Source: an uncultured Chloroflexia bacterium (GTDB lineage: Bacteria; Chloroflexota; Chloroflexia; QHBQ01; JADMIH01). From it: a DNA stretch of 64,000 nucleotides. The stretch spans positions 130,688 through 194,687 of the forward strand of contig CAWEQU010000003.1 in assembly GCA_963811305.1 (NCBI GenBank), given 5' to 3'. The notes below the pieces were generated by a model, which saw nothing but the letters and a program-made list of their open reading frames with translations, did not search any database and was not told the DNA's origin. Within the stretch, counting starts at the first letter, position 1. Each line of letters begins with the position of its first letter. Positions 60,209 to 64,000 of the stretch are shown piece by piece. The translations under genes and the position numbers were made by a program.

Positions 60209-62317
60209 ATGTCAACACCCAGCACTCAGTGGCAGCCCCTGCCTGCTCCTAGCGACCCACGCAATCCCTCCACAGATTGGTGGCTCGCTATATTGGAGCG
60301 TGCCCTCATCTCGCGCGCGATGGACGACCTCGAGGTCACGAAGGAGTACCGACCCAACCCTGACAAGCCGCACGAAGGGAAGCTCAAGTTTCAGTTCGGG
60401 GCGAAGGGGCACGAAATCCCACAGCTTATAGCCGCTGCGCTCTTGAGTCACCCCCACGACGGTGCGACCGTCTATTATCGCTCGCGCCCTCTGATGCTGG
60501 GCGTGGGGCTGACTCCGTTCGAGGCATTCGCCAGTAATATGCACAAGCTTGAGGGCGTGTCGGGTGGGCGTGACATAGGCGTGGTCTTCAATCACAAGCA
60601 GCCAGGCGGCGTGACAGTCCTCCCGGCATCGGGCGACGTTGGCGCGCAGTTCACGCCCGCCATAGGGTGGGCGCAGGCCGTGCAGTACCGCGCCACCGAG
60701 CTTGGGCAGGAGGAGTACGCGGGCGCCGTCGCGCTGGCTCACGCAGGCGACGGCGCTACCTCCACCAACGGCTTCTGGAGCGCCATCAACATAGCAGCCC
60801 CTCGCCGTCTCCCCTACGTGATGCTGATTGAAGACAATCGCTATGCCTTATCGGTGCCCTGGCGCTATCAGAGCGGCTCCCCATCCATCGTAGACAACCT
60901 CCGCAACTTCCAGGACCTCAATATGCAGTCCGTCGAGGGCGGCGACATCCTGGCTCTTTATCAGGCCCTGTACAGCGCCATCATGGGAGCGAGGCAGGGT
61001 GCTGGCGCGCAGTTAGTCCACGTCAAAGTGCCCCGCCTAACAGGCCACAACTGGCAGGACCCCGCCGCCTACAAGAGCGCCGAGGAGAAAGAGGAAGACG
61101 CTCGACGCGATCCCCTCACACGCCTCATCGCTCACCTGCAAGAGGAGCATGGCGTCTCCGCCGCGCAGATAGACGCACTGCGCGAGCAAGCAACCGAGTT
61201 CGCAAGGGAGCAGGCAGAAGCAGCCTGGGAGCGCGGCTCCGATCCGCCCGGCGACGACGCTACCACTCACCTATTCTCCCCTCAGCAATCCAAACTCCAA
61301 AATCCAAAATCCGAAATCGTCACGGAGGGTCCCAGGCTGACTATGCAGCAGGCCATCAAGCAGACCCTTGAGGACGAGATGGCCCACGACAATACCATCC
61401 TGGTCTTCGGGGAGGACGTGGGGGCGTTCGGCGGCGTGCATAGGGTGACGGATGGGTTGCAGGCACGCTTCGGCGAGGCGCGCTGCTTCGACACGAGCCT
61501 GAACGAGGAGGGCATTGTAGGTCGCTCTGTGGGCATGGCGCTCAACGGACTTAGACCCGTGCCCGAAATCCAGTTCCGTAAGTATGCAGACCCCGCGCAT
61601 GAGCAGATCACCGACGCGGGGAGCATGAGGTGGCGCACGCATGGGCGCTTCGGCGGCCCAATCGTGCTGCGCATCCCCGTAGGCTACCAGCTTATGGGAG
61701 GGGACCCCTGGCACGCGGTGTGTGGGGAGGCTGTGTTCGCCCACCTCCCCGGCTGGCAGATAGCCTACCCGTCGAACGCGGCGGACGCAGTGGGCCTACT
61801 CCGAACCGCGCTACGGGGAGATGATCCTGTGGCCTTCCTGGAGCATCGCCTCCTCTATCGCTACCGCGAGGCCAACCGCCCTTATCCCGGCGCAGATTAC
61901 GTAGTGCCCTTTGGTCAAGCCGCTCAGGTCCGCGAGGGGGACGATGCGCTCATAGTCACCTGGGGCGATACCGTTTACCGCTCGCTGGAGGCGGCGAACG
62001 TCGTGGCGCAAAGCACGGGCGCGCAGACCCGCATCCTCGACCTGAGGACGGTGGTCCCCTGGGACCATGATAAGGTTATGCAGGCGGTGAAGGATATAGG
62101 CCGCGTGCTGGTCGTGCATGAGGATACGATAACGTGCGGCTTCGGTGCGGAGATAGCTGCCCAGGTCGCTGATGAAGCCTTCGTCTATCTCGACGCGCCG
62201 GTGAAGCGTGTGGCGTGCGCCGACGTCCCCTCCCCTACCCACGACAACCTCTTCGAGGCCGTCATGCCCACCGCCCGCAAGATACAGGCGGCGCTGGAGG
62301 AGTTGGTTAAGTTCTAA
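60209..62317 (+). CDS. Fused 2-oxoacid dehydrogenase E1 component (TPP-dependent alpha subunit plus beta subunit in one 702-aa chain); linker encoded by a word array
   Basis: N-terminal E1-alpha TPP fold (…GDGATSTNGFWSAINIA…), C-terminal E1-beta (…ILVFGEDVGAFGGVHRVTDGLQARFG…RCFDTSLNEEGIVG…). The linker …QQSKLQNPKSEIV… is encoded by caaactccaaaatccaaaatccgaaatc (61288-61319). Confidence 0.75.
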   Translation: MSTPSTQWQPLPAPSDPRNPSTDWWLAILERALISRAMDDLEVTKEYRPNPDKPHEGKLKFQFGAKGHEIPQLIAAALLSHPHDGATVYYRSRPLMLGVGLTPFEAFASNMHKLEGVSGGRDIGVVFNHKQPGGVTVLPASGDVGAQFTPAIGWAQAVQYRATELGQEEYAGAVALAHAGDGATSTNGFWSAINIAAPRRLPYVMLIEDNRYALSVPWRYQSGSPSIVDNLRNFQDLNMQSVEGGDILALYQALYSAIMGARQGAGAQLVHVKVPRLTGHNWQDPAAYKSAEEKEEDARRDPLTRLIAHLQEEHGVSAAQIDALREQATEFAREQAEAAWERGSDPPGDDATTHLFSPQQSKLQNPKSEIVTEGPRLTMQQAIKQTLEDEMAHDNTILVFGEDVGAFGGVHRVTDGLQARFGEARCFDTSLNEEGIVGRSVGMALNGLRPVPEIQFRKYADPAHEQITDAGSMRWRTHGRFGGPIVLRIPVGYQLMGGDPWHAVCGEAVFAHLPGWQIAYPSNAADAVGLLRTALRGDDPVAFLEHRLLYRYREANRPYPGADYVVPFGQAAQVREGDDALIVTWGDTVYRSLEAANVVAQSTGAQTRILDLRTVVPWDHDKVMQAVKDIGRVLVVHEDTITCGFGAEIAAQVADEAFVYLDAPVKRVACADVPSPTHDNLFEAVMPTARKIQAALEELVKF

Positions 62318-62379
62318 TATACTATAATAGATACATGACCTGGTTGAACTAGGCCTTTCCAGAGAAAAAGGAGTATGCG

Positions 62380-62616
62380 ATGGTGATGACAACACAAGGC
62401 CAACTCGTACAGTATGGGGACAATCTGGCCCTGGTGCTTGACGCTGAGATGTTGAAGCAGATGGACATCACTCCCGATACTAAGCTTGATATAGTTGTGG
62501 ACGGCAACTCGATGATCGTTACCGTTCGTGATGAGGAACATCGTGCCAGGCTGCATCAGATAATGGAGGAGATGAACCAGGAGTACGCCGAGGTATTCAG
62601 GAGATTGGCGGAGTAG
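62380..62616 (+). CDS. AbrB/MazE-fold antitoxin (Doc partner)
   Basis: 78 aa, swapped-hairpin pattern (LVLDAEMLKQMDITPDTKLDIVVDGNSMIV), 2-nt spacing to the Doc gene. Confidence 0.55.
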   Translation: MVMTTQGQLVQYGDNLALVLDAEMLKQMDITPDTKLDIVVDGNSMIVTVRDEEHRARLHQIMEEMNQEYAEVFRRLAE

Positions 62617-62618
62617 CT

Positions 62619-63014
62619 GTGAGTCCTCTTTTCCTTAGCCTCGAAGACGTGCTGGAACTGCATGAGGACCAGATCAATCGGTACGGAGGGAGCGCGGGTA
62701 TACGCGATCTTGGTCTGCTGTTATCGGCCATTGAAATGCCTAAAGCCAGTTTCGGCGGCCAATTCCTACATGAGGACCTGTATGCCATGTCTGCCGCATA
62801 CCTGTTCCACATAGTACAGAACCATCCATTCATAGATGGTAACAAGCGCGCAGGGCTTGCGGCAGTTATAGCGTTTATGGGTCTTAACAATCTCAAGGTA
62901 AAAGCGGACAAAGCCGCCTTGACCGATTTAGTGCTAAGCGTAGCTCAGGGGAAGGCAGATAAAGGGGCAATAGCCAAGTTCCTGCAAGCAAACGCGATAC
63001 AGCAGCAACCCTGA
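62619..63014 (+). CDS. Fic/Doc-family toxin (death-on-curing)
   Basis: Fic motif HPFIDGNKRAG. Confidence 0.8.
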   Translation: MSPLFLSLEDVLELHEDQINRYGGSAGIRDLGLLLSAIEMPKASFGGQFLHEDLYAMSAAYLFHIVQNHPFIDGNKRAGLAAVIAFMGLNNLKVKADKAALTDLVLSVAQGKADKGAIAKFLQANAIQQQP

Positions 63015-63070
63015 GACGTGGGCAAAGATATACCTCTGAGAGGGCGTCCGAAACGTGTAAAGTAATGAAT

Positions 63071-63096
63071 GTCATTCTGAACGCAGTGAAGAATTC
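63071..63096. repeat. Left arm of a GTCATTCTGAACGCAGTGAAGAAT hairpin element (copy 3), interrupted by the IS5 insertion
   Basis: gtcattctgaacgcagtgaagaattc matches the arms at 11145-11170 and 37940-37965. Confidence 0.7.
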
Positions 63097-63100
63097 TAAG

Positions 63101-63968
63101 AAACTGTCTGAAAAGGGGTGACGGTCAGGGAGGAAAGAGGATAAACTTGGAGTGTGAAGCACCAAAGATATCCAACTGACCTGACTGACCGTCAATGGGA
63201 GTGTATCAGAAACCATATACCTGAGGCAAAGCCTGGTGGCAGACCTCGCACTCTTGACATGCGAGGGGTCATCAACGCCATCTTGTACATAGTAGTGGGA
63301 GGGTGTCAGTGGCGAATGCTGCCCCGCGAGTACCCCAACTGGAAGAGTGTCTACCACTACTTCAGCAGATGGCGAGACGATGGTACTTGGCAGCGTATCC
63401 ACGACAAGATACGAGCAACTCTCAGACGCAAGTTGGGGCGTAACAAACAAGCAAGTGCTGGGTGTTTGGATAGCCAATCGGTCAAGGCCACACAGGTACG
63501 TGGTGTGCGTGGGTATGATGCCAACAAGAAGATAACAGGACGCAAGCGCCATGTGGTGACTGACACGTTGGGGCTGCTCCTGGCGGTAGTGGTCACCGCA
63601 GCCTCTGTTTCCGACCCGCAAGGAGGGAAGCTGGTGTTGAGTAGGGTTCGGCAACTGGGCAGCGGCAAGAGGCTGAGGCGCATCTGGGTAGATGGCATCT
63701 ATCGTGGCGCTCTGATGGAATGGGTGGTTGGACATTTCAGGTTTGTGTTGGAGGCAGTGTTACGCCCCGACGAGATGAAAAATGTGAAAGGGTGGGTGGT
63801 GTTACCGAGGCGATGGGTGATCGAGAGGACATTCTCATGGCTGATGCATTGCAGACGATTGGGCAGGGATTACGAAGCGTTACCAAAGAGCAGCGAGGCT
63901 TTCATCTACATCGCTATGACCCGTTTGATGCTCCGTCGTCTTGCTCGCTGACCTTTTCAGACAGTTTC
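63101..63968 (+). mobile_element. IS5-family insertion sequence, 16-18-bp terminal inverted repeats (AAACTGTCTGAAAAGG), flanked by CTAAG direct repeat
   Basis: TIRs at 63101-63116 and 63953-63968. CTAAG lies immediately outside both ends. Single 265-aa DDE transposase ORF. Confidence 0.75.
63154..63951 (+). CDS. IS5-family DDE transposase
   Basis: MKHQRYPTDLTDRQWE…GRPR… N-terminal DUF4096-like region and the DDE domain (…DSQSVK…DANKKITGRKRHVVTDTLGLLL…). Confidence 0.8.
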   Translation: MKHQRYPTDLTDRQWECIRNHIPEAKPGGRPRTLDMRGVINAILYIVVGGCQWRMLPREYPNWKSVYHYFSRWRDDGTWQRIHDKIRATLRRKLGRNKQASAGCLDSQSVKATQVRGVRGYDANKKITGRKRHVVTDTLGLLLAVVVTAASVSDPQGGKLVLSRVRQLGSGKRLRRIWVDGIYRGALMEWVVGHFRFVLEAVLRPDEMKNVKGWVVLPRRWVIERTFSWLMHCRRLGRDYEALPKSSEAFIYIAMTRLMLRRLAR

Positions 63969-64000
63969 TAAGGATTTTTACCGCAATACATGCTCAGAGA

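Noticed and set aside
1-64000. Search for tRNA, rRNA or tmRNA genes
   Set aside because: I found no GTTCGAATC-type T-loops with a matching acceptor-stem context and no rRNA-like conserved blocks. No RNA genes called.

Overview
This is a GC-rich (~60% GC by eye) bacterial chromosomal segment with about 60 protein-coding genes; I found no rRNA gene, tRNA gene or CRISPR array.

**Recognisable modules**
- An Fe-S cluster assembly gene (sufB) with a vapBC toxin-antitoxin cassette inserted at its 3' end.
- A CpsC/CpsD/CpsB-type exopolysaccharide locus: GT1 glycosyltransferase, two Wzz/CpsC paralogues, BY tyrosine kinase and PHP tyrosine phosphatase.
- An ArsR-regulated Zn/Cd P1B-type ATPase.
- murA.
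- An ECF sigma factor with a giant anti-sigma protein carrying a C-terminal A2M-like region.
- Two tandem ABC exporters, a ScyD/ScyE-like beta-propeller protein, a UspA protein and a TrkA pair.
- A Hanks-type Ser/Thr kinase, mmsA, and an ECF sigma/anti-sigma/cupredoxin operon.
- ilvE, rimO, yajQ and rodZ.
- A SAM-methyltransferase with a Trm112-like partner.
- A fused 2-oxoacid dehydrogenase E1 alpha/beta subunit.
- A Doc/AbrB toxin-antitoxin pair.
- Two insertion elements: an IS4/IS701-like element and an IS5-family element.

**Most unusual feature**
The window carries a pervasive intergenic repeat system. Tandem arrays of 7-nt 'words' (GACGATA/GGACGAT, TTGAACC, GAAACGT, GAATCAG, TTTTGGA, GCGGAGT, AGAAGTT, TGCGTGA) are often arranged as inverted pairs that form hairpins. 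Alongside them are a conserved ~80-bp composite element and families of long perfect palindromes. The same word arrays also occur in-frame inside coding sequences. They form the rimO inter-domain linker, the linker of the fused E1 alpha/beta protein, and the cytoplasmic linker of the anti-sigma protein. They also encode several N- and C-terminal protein tails.

**Other points of note**
- A ~100-bp duplicate of the sufB 3' end, carrying only synonymous differences, flanks the vapBC cassette.
- A low-GC islet encodes two paralogous TM/coiled-coil proteins and a solo MNT nucleotidyltransferase.
- A low-GC orphan gene carries a HEPN-like Rx4HG motif.
- A secreted SVNWG-repeat peptide sits next to a LuxR-type regulator.

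**Caveat**
I count at least 17 apparent single-base frameshifts, many at G/C homopolymers and several in essential genes (murA, rodZ, rimO neighbours). These look like assembly indel errors rather than true pseudogenes.
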